NCBI GenBank assembly: GCA_038087875.1
Contig: CM075987.1
Coordinates: 27,716,001-27,780,000 of the forward strand
Direction: 5' to 3'
Length of the DNA stretch: 64,000 nt
Source: Malacoraja senta
Taxonomy: Eukaryota
The notes beneath the pieces were generated by a model. That model did not search any database, was not told where the DNA came from, and saw only the letters and a list, made by a program, of their open reading frames with translations. The first letter of the stretch is position 1, and each line of letters begins with the position of its first letter. A program made the position numbers and the translations under genes. Shown piece by piece: positions 37,986-49,921 of the stretch.

Positions 37986-40900
37986 CTGAATTTTGTTTCA
38001 TTTACACTGTCTTTATTTAAGACGTCTCACTGCTGTCTAAAACGAAACCTATGAAACTCTCGTAGAAATCTGTAGTGTTTTAACAGAACCCTAGAGAGTC
38101 GATCCATAATCTCTGGTGACTCCAGGACTCGGAGGGTCCATGTAGTGATCAGGAGAAATGTCTTCAACCACATGATGGTTAACCCGTGGAAATTCCTCAA
38201 ATTGGAGGCAGTGGGTTCTTGTCATCTATTCTAGAGGGAATTAGATCCATTCCCCACTGTTAGAGAGATCAGTGATGGTGGAAGAAGCCGTTTCAGGGGA
38301 ACTAATAGATTAGCCACGGGTGCGTGAATTTGCCCGATCCTGTGCCTATTTTCTACATTTGGTTTCTGTCTCATAGAGTCAGTGTCACAGAGCATGGAAA
38401 CAGGCCCTTCAGCCCACACCAGCTACACTAGTCCCACCTGCCTGTGATTGGCCCATATCCCTCCACACCTGTCCTATCCATGTACCTGTCCAAATGTATT
38501 TTAAACGTTGCGATTGTCCGAGCCTCAACTATCTCCTCTGGCAGCTCGTTCCACACACCCACCAGCCTCTGTGTGTAAAGGTTACCCCACAGATTCCTAT
38601 TAAATCTTTTCCCCTTCACCTTCAACCTATGTCCTCTGGTCCTCTATTTCCCTACTCTGGGCAAGAGACTCTGTGCATCTACCCGATCTATTCCTCTCCT
38701 GATTTTATACTCCTCTGTTAGATTTCAATCAAGGAAGCCAATCATTAATTATGATGGTGGGAGTTTCTAATGTAATGTTGCGAGTACTTCAGGGAATGTT
38801 TATACTTCAGTCAGCATTACCAAAGCAGATGATCTCATCGATACCACAGCACTGTTTGAGGAACTTGCTCATGTTTACAGCTCTACTTCTTGAGATTGGA
38901 CAGTGGTGACAGGCCAGTGTTTAAGGCCACTGAAGCCCAACAACAAACACAAATTGTTTCCTATTTTATGGTGATGAATATTAAAGAAATTCTGCATTAC
39001 AATGAAAGAGAAGGAAGTTTAATCCAGTTAATGCTGGTCTTTTCCATTTAGTTTAGTTTAGTGATATAGTGTGGAAACAGGCCCTTCACCCCACTGAGTC
39101 TGATGACCAACAATCACCCGTGCACTTGCACTATCCTACACACTAGGGACTGTTTACAGGAGCCAATTCACCTACAAACCTGTATGTCCTAGGGATGTTG
39201 GAGGAAACCCACACGGTCACAGGGAGAACATGCAAACTCCGTACAGACAGCATCCGTGGTCAGGGTGGAAGCTGGGTCTCTGGCGCTGTGAGACATCAAC
39301 TACTGCTACGGCACCGTGCTGCCTCCAGACAGATCGTGATCGTGTGATAGAGATGAATGAAGGTATTTCCCCTCAAACCCAATAACCATTGACCAATTAC
39401 AACATTGCTATGGCAACCCAAGAGTTGATAAAAATCAGAATATTCCACCAGGGAATGAAAGATTGTTGGCATGATTTTGCCATAGAGCACTGAAACAGGC
39501 CCTTCAGCCCTCCAATTACATGCTGACCATACATTCCTACACTATATGCTTTCAAGAGGGAGGTAGATAGGGCTCTTAAAAATAGTGGAATTAGGGGACA
39601 TGGGGAGAAGGCAGGAACGGGGTACTGATTGGGGATGGTACACAAAAATGCTGGAGAAACTCAGCGGGTGCAGCAGCATCTATGGAGCGAAGGAAATAGG
39701 TAACGTTTCGGGCCGAAACCCTTCTTCAGAATTGGGGATGATCAGCCATGATCATATTGAATGGCGGTGCTGGCTCGAAGGGCCGAATGGCCTGCTCCTG
39801 CACCTATTGTCTATAGTACTTAATTATGACTGTGCCTATGTATAGTGGGATTCTTACTGATCTGAATGGGGAAAATAGGGATTTCACTATATAGGTACAT
39901 GTGACAATGAAGGATCGGTGAAGCATTGTTAATGATCCCATTAAAGATAATCTTGTCTCATCCCCACAATTTCCCATCAATTGCCCTTCAGCTGCCACCA
40001 TTTATTACAGCAGCCAATTGTCCTACCAACTTGCACGTCTTCGGGAGGTGGGGGGGAAGCGGAGCGACAATGGAAAGCTCCCCCCCCCCACCCCCGTCAC
40101 AAGGAAACTATGCAAACTCCACACAGCCAAGGGAAGAACATTCCAACAAAGCAAGGAATGAATGAGGAATTGAGAACCAGTTATTCCACAGCCCACATGC
40201 CCCAGGCTGGAGGCTCAGCTGCTGTTCTCCCATCAAAAATATTTGGCAGCTTTCTTAAACATCACACCGTTCACAAAATGACAAAAGGACAAAGTTATTT
40301 ATCTAAATTCCAAAACTAACCCGTTCACCTGTAACGCCCATGCGGGGTGAGCTCATCTTAAAGCACTAGACTGCTGGAAGAACTCAGGGGGTCTGAGGTT
40401 CTTCCAGCAGTTTGGCTTTAACTTGGGGTTTTGGCATCTGCGGCCTCTTGAGTTTCGAGCTTAATTTAGAAATGTAATCACAGCATTGGCTAAGATTGTG
40501 ACCTCTGTCCCTCTGCAAGGTGTGGTACAGGAGACCCACATGCAGTAGGAGTTGGTGTGCCCAACGCACGGATACTGGGATCCTGACTACGAGTGCTGTC
40601 TTTACGGAGTTTGCACGTTCTCCCTGTGACCCCGTGGGTTTTCTCCGGCTGCTCTGGTTTCCTCCCACACTCCAAAGACGTACAGGCTTGTAGGTTAATT
40701 GGCTGCAGTAAAATTCTAAATTGTCCCTTGTGTGTAGGATGGTGTTAGTGTACAGGGTGATCGCTGGTCGGCACGGACTTGGAGGGCCGAAGGGCCTGTT
40801 TCCACGCTGTATCTCTAAAGTCAAAAGTATAGGACACAGGCAGCATCTCCACCTTATCACAACAAAGAATGGTGTCTCTGGATACTGAGTTAGTGTGTCA

Positions 40901-41852
40901 GACACACAGGTACTGAGTGAAGGTACAGCAGACACAGACTCGACTCACTCCGACCTGAGCGAGATAACCACTGATGAGGTGTTTGCGCAGAAATCAACCA
41001 GAACCAGAACCTTCTGGGAGTCAATACCTCCTGTTCTAGAGTGTACTGATTACACTCTTGTATGGAATGATTAGTTCAGACTGAAGAAGGGTCTCGACCC
41101 GAAACGTCACCCATTCCTTCTCTCCAGAGATGCTGCCTTTCCCACTGAGTTACTCCAGGATGTTGTGTCTAATTATAGACTGGTACAAGAGTCAGGTACA
41201 ATAAAACACCTAAATAACATTGTGGTATTAAATGACACTCAGACAGGCACATGAATAGGAAGAGTTTGGAAGGATATGGACCAAACGTGGGCAAATGGGA
41301 CCAGCGTAGATGAGACATCTTGGTCGGCAGGGACAGGTTGGGCCGAAGGGCCTGTTTCCGTGTGAGTCCATGACTCTAAGACCATTTAGCAGGGCAGATT
41401 TCTCACTGTACCATGGTATACGTGACAATAATGAACCAGGACCAGCGCCTATAGCAAAGCTCTCTGTCGCAGAGTGCCAGAGAGGCAGTCTCTCATCTTG
41501 TATCACACCCGCCTAATCTATCCATCAGGTCCCTGATCCTAACCTGCTGGCAAACCTGTCTTTCAAAACATATACCTGTTTTCAAATGTCTTTTAAATGT
41601 TTTTGTAGTTTCTGCCTCATCCACCTCCTCTGGCAGCTCATTCCATACACCCACCACCCTCTGCGCGGAAAAAACTGCCCCTCAGGTTCCTATTAAATCT
41701 TCCCCCCTCCCCCCTCATCTTAAACCCATGTCCTCTGGTTCTTGATTGCCCTACTATGGGAGAGGGACTGTACATTCACCCGATCTACTACTAAAGTAAC
41801 AGATCACGGACATCTCCAGCCCAGTGACGTTCAGTCTATCAGCAGCCCCTGA

Positions 41853-42161
41853 GTTTAGTTTAGCTTAGAGATACAGAGCGGAAACAGGCCCTTCGGCCCA
41901 ACGGGTCCGCACCAACCGGCGATCCCCGCACACTTACACTATCCTACACACACTAGGAACAATTTACAATTTAACCAAAGCCTATTAACCTACCAATCTG
42001 TCCGTCTTTGGAGTGTGGGAGGAAACCGGAGCACCCGGAGAAAACCCACGCAGGTCACGGGGAGAACGTACAAACTCCGTACAGACAGCACCCGTGGTCA
42101 GGATCGAACCCGGGTCTCTGGTGCTGTGAGGCAGCAACTCTACCGCTGCGTCACCGTGCCC
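41853..42161 (-). mobile_element. HE1-like SINE
   Basis: Reverse-complement full-length copy; further copies near 2530, 7247, 30570, 32780, 36938, 39048, 40578, 50175 and 60313. Confidence 0.8.
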
Positions 42162-42421
42162 TTATGTTGCCCAGGCCAGAACGAATAGCCCTGGGACAAT
42201 CTGGGAGGGGGGGGGAGTTGAGGCCAGCCCCATGTTAAGAGAAGCTGATGATGGGGGAACAGATGTCAGGGTTGTGCACCCCAGAGGAAATGGAGAGTGT
42301 TTCCAAAATAAACTAAACTCAACTTAATTTAGACACAAAATGCTGGAGTAATTCAGCGGGGCAGGCATCATCTCTGGGGAAAAGGAACGGGCAACGTTTC
42401 GCATCGAGACCCTTCTTCAAA

Positions 42422-43045
42422 GTTTAGTCTAGTTTAATTTAGTTGAGTTTATTGTCACGTGTACCGAGGTACAGTGAAAAGCTTTTGTTGCGTGCTAATG
42501 AAAAGACTACGTGATTACCATCAAACCGTCCACAGTGTACAGATAAAGGATAAAGGATATAACGTTCAGTGCAAGATATAACATTGAAGTCCAATAATGT
42601 TCGACTAAAGATAGTCCAAGGGTCTCCAATGAGGTAGATGGGAGGTCAGGACCACTCTCTAGCTGGTGATAGGATGATTCAGTTGCCTGATAACAGCTGG
42701 GAAGAAACTGTCCCTGAATCTGGAGGTGTGCGTCTTCACACTTCTGCACCTCTTGCCTGATGGGGAGACGAGGGAGTGGCCAGGGTGAGACTGGTCCTTG
42801 ATTATGCTGCTGACCTTGCCGAGGCAGCGTGAGGTGTAGATGGAGTCAATGGAAGGGAGGTTGGTTTGCGTGACGGTCTGGGCTGCGTCCACAATTCGCT
42901 GCAATTTCATTGCGGTCTTGGCTGGAGCTGTTCCCAAACCGTGCTGTGATGCATCCTGATAAAATGCTTTCTCCGGCACATCTGTAGAAGTTAGTGAGAT
43001 CTGTTGGGGACATGTCGATCTTCCCAAGTCTTGCCTTCTTAAGCG
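42422..43045 (-). mobile_element. Rex1/Babar-like LINE 3' fragment
   Basis: LTNFYRC.ESILSGCIT / LPSIDSIYTSRCL.K.SSIIKDQSHPGHSL...RFRDSFFPAVIRQLN; (AAACT)n-like tail. Confidence 0.75.
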
Positions 43046-44129
43046 AGTGGGTAAGTTTATAAACCACAAGGCACAATTGAAAGAAGGACAAAAACAAAAT
43101 TGGCTGGAAATCTGAAATAAAAACAGAAAATGCTGGAAGCACTCAACTGGTCAGGCAGTGTCTGTGGAGAGAGAAACGAGGAACTGTCAACATTTCGGGT
43201 TTGAGACCCTGTGGGTTTAAACCTACAGAGATTTTCCAGTAGTTTCTGTTTAATTTACTAAGGCAGGCAAGGTGTCAGAGGCTGGTGAATCTGTGGAATT
43301 CATTGATTGAATGGAGAGTAGACTCGATGGGCCGAATGGCCTAATTCTACTCCTTAAACTCTGGGACTTGTGAGAAGGCTGTGGAGGCCAAGTCAATGGA
43401 TATCTTTAAGGCAGAGATTGACAGATTCTTGATTTGTACGGGTGTGGGGAGAGGGCAGGAGAATGGGGTTGGGAGGGAGAGATAGATCAGCCATGATTGA
43501 ATGGCAGAGTAGACTTGATGGGCCGAATGGCCTCATTCTGCTCCAAGAACCGATCACTTTATCAGGTGCATTTTCTCGCTGTTCCAACTAAAGTGTTTCC
43601 CCAAACACAAATTAAAACCCGATCACCCAGTCATTATTAGATTTGTAGGTAGACAAAAATGCTGGAGAAACTCAGCGGGTGAGGCAGCATCTATGGAGCG
43701 AAGGAATAGGTGACGTTTCAGGTCGAGACCTTTCTTCAGACTGATGTGGGGGAGAGGAAGAAGAAAGGAAGAGGCAGAGACAGTGGGCTGTGGGAGAGCT
43801 GGGAAGGGGAGGGGAAGGAGGGAGAAAGCAAGGAAGATTATTAGATTTGTATTTCTGTGAGGTCTTCAACTGGATCGTCCTATTTGCTACATCACCCAGA
43901 TCAGGTAACACGCAGCTTGGAAACGGGCCCTTCGGCCCATCTTGCCCACCCTGCCCACCCTAGTCAACATGCTGCAACCTTGGCATGGCATGCAAGCAAA
44001 AACATTCACTCTGACTTGTCACATGTGATAAAGTATTCAATTCAAATCAATGCCCCATCTACACTCGTCCCACCTGCCTGCGCTTGGCCCATATCCCTCC
44101 AAACCTGTCCTACCCACGTGCCTGTCTAA

Positions 44130-44831
44130 TTATAAGAGCAGGGAGGTTCTACTGCAGTTGTACAGGGTCTTGGTGAGACCACACCTGGAGTATTGCGTAC
44201 AGTTTTGGTCTCCTAATCTGAGGAAAGACATTCTTGCTGATGTTGGGGAAGTCCAGATGTTGGGGAAGTCCAGAACTAGGGGTCACAGTTTAAGGATAAG
44301 AGGGAAGTCTTTTAGGACCGAGATGGGGAAATCATTTTTTACACAGAGAGTGGTGAATCTGTGGAATTCTCTGCCACAGAAGGTAGTTGAGGCCAGTTCA
44401 TTGGCTATATTTAAGAGGGAGTTAGATGTGGCCCTTGTGGCTAAAGGGATCAGGGGGTATGGAGAGAAGGCAGGGATGGGATACTGAGTTGGATGATCAG
44501 CCATGATCATATCAAATGGCGGTGCAGGCCCGAAGGGCCGAATGGCCTACTCCTGCACCTATTTTCTATGTTTCTATGTTTACGTTGGGATAGTCCCAGC
44601 CTCAACTACCTCCTCTGTGGAATTCTCTGCCTCAGAGGGCGGTGGAGGCAGGTTCTCTGGATGCTTTCAAGAGAGAGCTAGATAGGGCTCTTAAAGATAG
44701 CGGAGTCAGGGGATATGGGGAGAAGGCAGGAATGGGGTACTGATTGGGGATGATCAGCCATGATCACATTGAATGGCGGTGCTGGCTCGAGGGGCCGAAT
44801 GGCCTACTCCTGCACCTATTGTCTATTGTCT
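44130..44831 (+). mobile_element. CR1 3' fragments (two adjacent tails)
   Basis: Matches the end of the 9151-12258 element ([14 protein letters not shown]...GIRGYGEKAG), followed by a second tail. Confidence 0.85.
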
Positions 44832-44921
44832 CTGTCAGCTTGTTCCATACACCCACCACCCCTCATGTTCCCATTACACCTGTCCCCCTTCACCTTGGTC
44901 AGGTAGTCCTCAGGTGTCTCC

Positions 44922-45487
44922 TCAGCCCAGATCCCAGAGTATTTTCTTGGTCCAGAAGAGGGAGATGACGAGGATGATGGTGATGCCGAATATGACGATG
45001 AGGATGTAGGTGACTGTCCGGCACGGTGGGCTCTGGCAACATCTCCACATGGTGTTGTGTGGAAGTCTCTCGTCCATGGCCGGAGCGGCCTGAGTGCGGA
45101 CAGGGAGCCCGTTGTCCCGTTCCACCTCCAGGCTCAGGGTGTAGACGGTGGGTCGGCGCAGCAGGAAGCTGGCCTTGCCCGGCCCCTTGTAGAACAGGCG
45201 GCCGTGATCCAGGTACACGTGGAGTGGCTGCAGCCTCATGCGGGCCAGGATGGCCCCGTTAGTCCGGAGTCCGGTCACCAGTTGCCCGGGGCCGAGCGGG
45301 GTGAGGTGGCGGCACAGAGGGCAGGACATGGCCGGCTCCATGTCCGGGACTGAAGCCAGGCTCATGCGGCCAGACACTCCAGGCAGAAGGTGTGTTTACA
45401 CTCCAGGATCTTCGGTGTCCGGAACGCGTTGTCATAAGGATTCCAGCACACGGCACACTCACACTCTGACCCGTTCACCTCCAGCAT
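44922..45487 (-). CDS. RNF183: RING-HC E3 ligase RNF183 (single coding exon; 1-nt frameshift near 45368 as assembled)
   Basis: [40 protein letters not shown], then in the next frame RMSLAS...CPLCRH...[12 protein letters not shown]...[29 protein letters not shown]. The RING, VYTL motif and C-terminal TM + FWTKxxLWxxG resemble RNF183; position after PRPF4 fits synteny. Alternative ATG at 45547 would add a poly-Gly leader. Confidence 0.85.
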
Positions 45488-45564
45488 GGTCACCCCCCCA
45501 CCCCCACCTCCACCTCCACCACCCTCACCCTCACACACCTCTCGCATACACCCCGACCCCACTC

Positions 45565-46245
45565 ACCCCCTCTCTCTCTCCCCCCCTCTCTCTCTCCCCC
45601 TCTCTCTCTCCCCTCTCTCCCCCTCTGTCTCTCCCCCTCCCTCTCTCTCTCTCTCTCTCTCCCCCTCCCTCTCTCTCTCTCCCCTTCTCTCCCCCTCTCT
45701 CTCTCCCTCTCTCCCCCTCTCTCTCTCCCCCTCTCTCCCCTCTCTCTCCCTCTCCCCCTCTCTCTCTCTCCCCTTCTCTCTCTCCCCTTCACTCTCTCCC
45801 CCTCTGTCTCTCCCCCTCCCTCTCTCCCCTCTCTCCCCCTCTGTCTCTCCCCCTCTCTCTCCCCCTCTCTCTCTCCCTCTCTCCCCCTCTCTCTCTCTCC
45901 CCCTCTCTCTCTCCCCCTCTCTCCCCTCTCTCTCCCTCTCCCCCTCTCTCGCTCTCCCCTTCTCTCTCTCCCCTTCACTCTCTCCCCCTCTGTCTCTCCC
46001 CCTCCCCCTCTCTCTCTCCCCTTCTCTCCCCCTCTCTCTCTCCCTCTCCCCCTTTCTCTCTCTCCCCTTCTCTCTCTCCCCCCCTCCCTATCTCCCCCTC
46101 TCTCTCTCCCCTTCTCTTTCTCCCCCTCTCTCTCTCCCCCCTTCTCTCTCTCTCCCCCTCCCTATCTCCCCCTCCCTCTCTCCCTCTCCCCTTCTCTCTC
46201 TCCCCTTCTCTCTCTCCCCCTCCCCCTCTCTCTCCCCCTCTCTCA
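45565..46245. repeat. About 680-bp polypyrimidine/polypurine (CT-rich) tract
   Basis: Almost exclusively C/T on the plus strand. Confidence 0.95.
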
Positions 46246-46699
46246 CCCACAGTGGGGCTGGGCAGACTTCACACCTGGTCCTGTCTGGGACCCGGGAACC
46301 GCAGTGAGAAGTTCACCAACTTTGCGCCTCGATGCGTCTATCTGTCCCCGGCCTCCAGCGTTCCTCGCCCCGACCCGCAGCCTTGGTGTTGACCTTCACC
46401 AGGACGTCCAGTGTTATTTTGCTCTTGGTCCGTGTGCTGTCCGAGCCGCCCCCCGGCTGTAACGGCAGTGAAGCCCCGACTCCCTGTCGGAAAGTGCCCG
46501 GCGCCTGCCCTCCGTCCTCTCCTGCCAGCGCTGTCTCCCTGTCTCTGGAGCAACAGGTTCTGCGGGTTTGGTGCTGGGCGGCAAGGTTTTCATCACAAGC
46601 TGCCGCCTCCCCTGTGGACAGGTTCATCAGAACAACCACCCCATCAATCACACGCCAGGGACACCCGAGATGGACACAGAAATGCTGGAGTAACTCTGG

Positions 46700-48690
46700 A
46701 GTCACTGCCTGCCATTGTGAAAGGGACCCGTTAATCCCCACTCTTTGTTTCCTGTCTGCCAATCACTTCTCTATCCATGTCAGTACTCTCTTTATGAGAC
46801 AGGTTTAGGTGGGATTACAGATGATGTCTAGTGGGGTACCGCAAGGCTCGGTGCTGGGACCGCAGCTATTTACAATATACATCAATGATTTTAAGAATAA
46901 GGAGTAAGCCATTTAGAACGGAGACGAGGAAACACTTTTTCTCACAGAGAGTGGTGAGCCTGTGGAATTCTCTGCCTCAGAGGGCGGTGGAGGCAGGTTC
47001 TCTGGATGCTTTCAAGAAAGAGAGCTAGATAGGGCTCTTAAAAATAGTGGAGTCAGGGGATATGGAGAGAAGGCAGGATCGGGGTACTGATTGGGGATGA
47101 TCAGCCATGATCACATTGAATGGCGGTGCTGGCTCGAAGGGCCGAATGGCCTACTCCTGCACCTATTGTCTATTGTCTATTGATTTGGATGAAGGGATTC
47201 AAAGTAACATTAGCAAATTTGCAGATGACACAAAGCTGGGTGGCAGTGTGAACTGTGAGGAGGATGCTATGAGAATGCAGGGTGACTTGGACAAGTCGGG
47301 GGAGTGGGCAGATGCATGGCAGATGAAGTTTAATGCGGATAAATGTGAGGTTATCCACTTTGGTATCAAAAACAGGAAGACAGATTACTATCTAAATGGC
47401 GTCAAGTTAGGAAAAGGGGAAGTACAACGGGATCTGGGGGTCCTTGTTCATCAGTCTATGAAAGTAAGCATGCAGGTACAGCAGGCAGTGAAGAAAACGA
47501 ATGGCATGTTGGCCTTTATAACAAGAGGAATCTAATATAGGAGCAAAGAGGTCCTTCTGCAGTTGTACAGGGCCCTAGTGAGACCACACCTGGAGTATTG
47601 TGTGCAGTTTTGGTCCCCTAATTTGAGGAAGGACATTTGAGGGAGTGCAGCGTAGGTTCACAAGGTTAATTCCCGGGATGGCGGGACTGTCATATGCTGA
47701 GAGAATGGAGCAGCTGGGCTTGTACACTCTGGAGTTTAGAAGGATGAGAGGGCATCTCATTGAAACATATAAGATTGTTAAGGGCTTGGACACACTAGAG
47801 GCAGGAAACATGTTCCCGATGTTGGGGGAGTCCAGAACCAGGGGCCACAGTTTAAGAATAAGGAGTAAGGCATTTAGAACAGAGACGAGGAAACACTTTT
47901 CCTCACAGAGAGTTGTGAGTCTGTGGAATTCTCTGCCTCAGAGGACGTTGGAGGCAGGTTCTCTGGATGCTTTCAAGAGAGAGCTAGATAGGGCTCGTAA
48001 AACTAGCGGAGTCAGGGGACACGGACCTGCGGCAGCCTGAAGCCGCGGTCTGTAGAGCTCCAGCTGGTGCAGCGTCCGCAGCCTGGGATCCCTCGTGGGG
48101 GACCCGGGAGAAGAAGAAGCTTCCACCACCGGCCCGCGGCCTACTTCTACCGCGGGCACGGCGGGGACTTACCATCAGGAGTGGGGTCCCTTGCCGGGGA
48201 CCCTTGGAGGGGAGCTTCGACTGCCGGCCCTGCGGTCTGTGGTGCTTCTGGCTGCGGCGCGGCGGGGACTTTAAATCTTCGACCGCCGGCCTGCGGCTTA
48301 CACCAACCTGAACCCACGGTCTCCGGTGGGGAAGAGCCGATTCTGGACTTACCTGGACTTTTACCTGTCTGTACACCTGGACGCCCGCAGCGGCGACGGC
48401 GGAGGGTTGAGGTCCCGACCACGGGGGGAAATGGAGGCGGACTGGACAAACTTTGTGCCTTCCACCACAGTGATGAATGCTGTGGTGGATGTTTGTGTTC
48501 AATTTTTATTGTGTTTTTGTCTGTTCTTTATCATTGTACCGCTGCTGGCAAATTCATTTACCAATGTGACGAATAAAACTGATTGATTGATGGATATGGG
48601 GAGAAGGCAGGAACGGGGTACTGATTGGGGATGATCAGCCATGATAGCCTACTCCTGCACCTATTGTCTATTGTCTATTGTCTGTTGTCT
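46700..48690 (+). mobile_element. Composite CR1: 5' inversion, nested CR1 3' end and a nested GC-rich retroposon
   Basis: RT pieces (GVPQGSVLGP; KFADDTKLGG); (CTATTGT)n tails at about 47163-47180 and 48661-48690. Confidence 0.85.
48020..48591 (+). mobile_element. Unclassified GC-rich retroposon nested in a CR1 tail
   Basis: Interrupts GGAGTCAGGGGA|TATGGGGAGAAGG; ends in AATAAA (48572-48577) and (TGAT)n; candidate TSD GGA. Confidence 0.6.
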
Positions 48691-49606
48691 ATCTGCAGTT
48701 CCTTCCTACCCCTCTCTAGCCCTGAATCATTCCAATAATATCCGGAGAGTTTTTATGCTGCACGCCCTCTATTGTCTTAGATGATCAACATTTACATTGA
48801 ACCACCATGTCAGCCTGACACATAATAGTAACATCAATATGCAAATTAAATCAATTGTTTTCACTAAATTTCCTGAAAGCCTTTGCTGCAGGCCTTGTGA
48901 ATACAGAGAAGATACATGTGGAGTATTGCGTGCAGTCCTGGTCGCCCCACTTCAGGAAGGATGTGGAGGCTTTGGAGATTGTGCAGAGCTGCCTGGGTTA
49001 GAGGGTTCAGCTGCAGGGAGAGGTGGGACAGACTTGGATTGTTTTCTTTGGAACGTCAGAGGTTGAGGGGAGACGATAGAAGTTTATAAAATGACGAGAG
49101 GCGTAGATAGGGTAGATAGTCAGAACCTTTTTCCCTGGGTGGAGATGTCCAACACTAGAGGGCGTAGCTATAAGGTGAGAGGGGCGATGTCGGGGGTGGT
49201 GGTGGAGGCAGATACGATCATGTGTTTAAGAGGATTTTAGACAAGCACATGGAAGTGCGGGGAATAGAGGGAATAGGATCGTGGACAGGCTGATGAGATC
49301 AGTGTGACTTGGCATCATGTTCTCCATAGACATCGTGGGCCGAAGGGCCTGTTCCTGTGCTGTACCCTTCTATGTTCTTTGTCACATAAAACTAGCTCTG
49401 CACAATGCGTTGACATAGACTGAGGGCGAGGACATGGATCTGAACAATCCTGCCCGGGCCGTGAGGGATCAGAGTTCACGTGACAGGGGTAAAATTAGGC
49501 CATTCGGCCCATCGAGTTTACTCCGCCATTCTATCTCTGCCCTAATGAATTCCACAGATTAACGGGTTTAAAGTGAGGGATTCCTGGAGAAACTGCCCGA
49601 TAGAAG

Positions 49607-49921
49607 GGTGGCACGGTGGCGCAGCGGTAGAGTTGCTGCCTCACAGCGCCAGAGACCCGGGTTCGATCCTGACTACGGGTGCTGTCTGTACAGAGTTTGT
49701 ACTGTACGGTCATCCTGTGACCGCGTGGGTTTTCTCCGGGATCTCTGGTTTCCAACCGCACTCCAAAGACGTACACGTTTGGTTTCATTTGGCTTCGGTT
49801 AAAAAAAATTGTAAATTGTCCCTAGTGTGTAGGTTAGAACTAGTGTGTGGGGATCGCTGCTCGGCGAGGACTCGGTGGGCCGAAGGGCCTGTTTCTACGC
49901 TGTATCTCTAAACTAAACTAA
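49607..49921 (+). mobile_element. tRNA-derived SINE (HE1/V-SINE-like), full-length
   Basis: Pol III A box TGGCGCAGCGG (49617-49627), B box GGTTCGATCC (49660-49669), CR1-like 3' end GGGCCGAAGGGCCTGTTTC, (AAACT)n tail. Confidence 0.85.

Noticed and set aside
45238..46392. 384-aa and 273-aa Ser/Pro/Leu ORFs
   Set aside because: Artefacts of the CT tract, antisense to RNF183.
47984..48586. Overlapping 86-172-aa ORFs
   Set aside because: Expected in GC-rich, stop-poor repeat DNA; no domain recognised.
49607..49680. tRNA gene
   Set aside because: tRNA-derived head of a multi-copy SINE continuing into the SINE body; no complete cloverleaf recognised.
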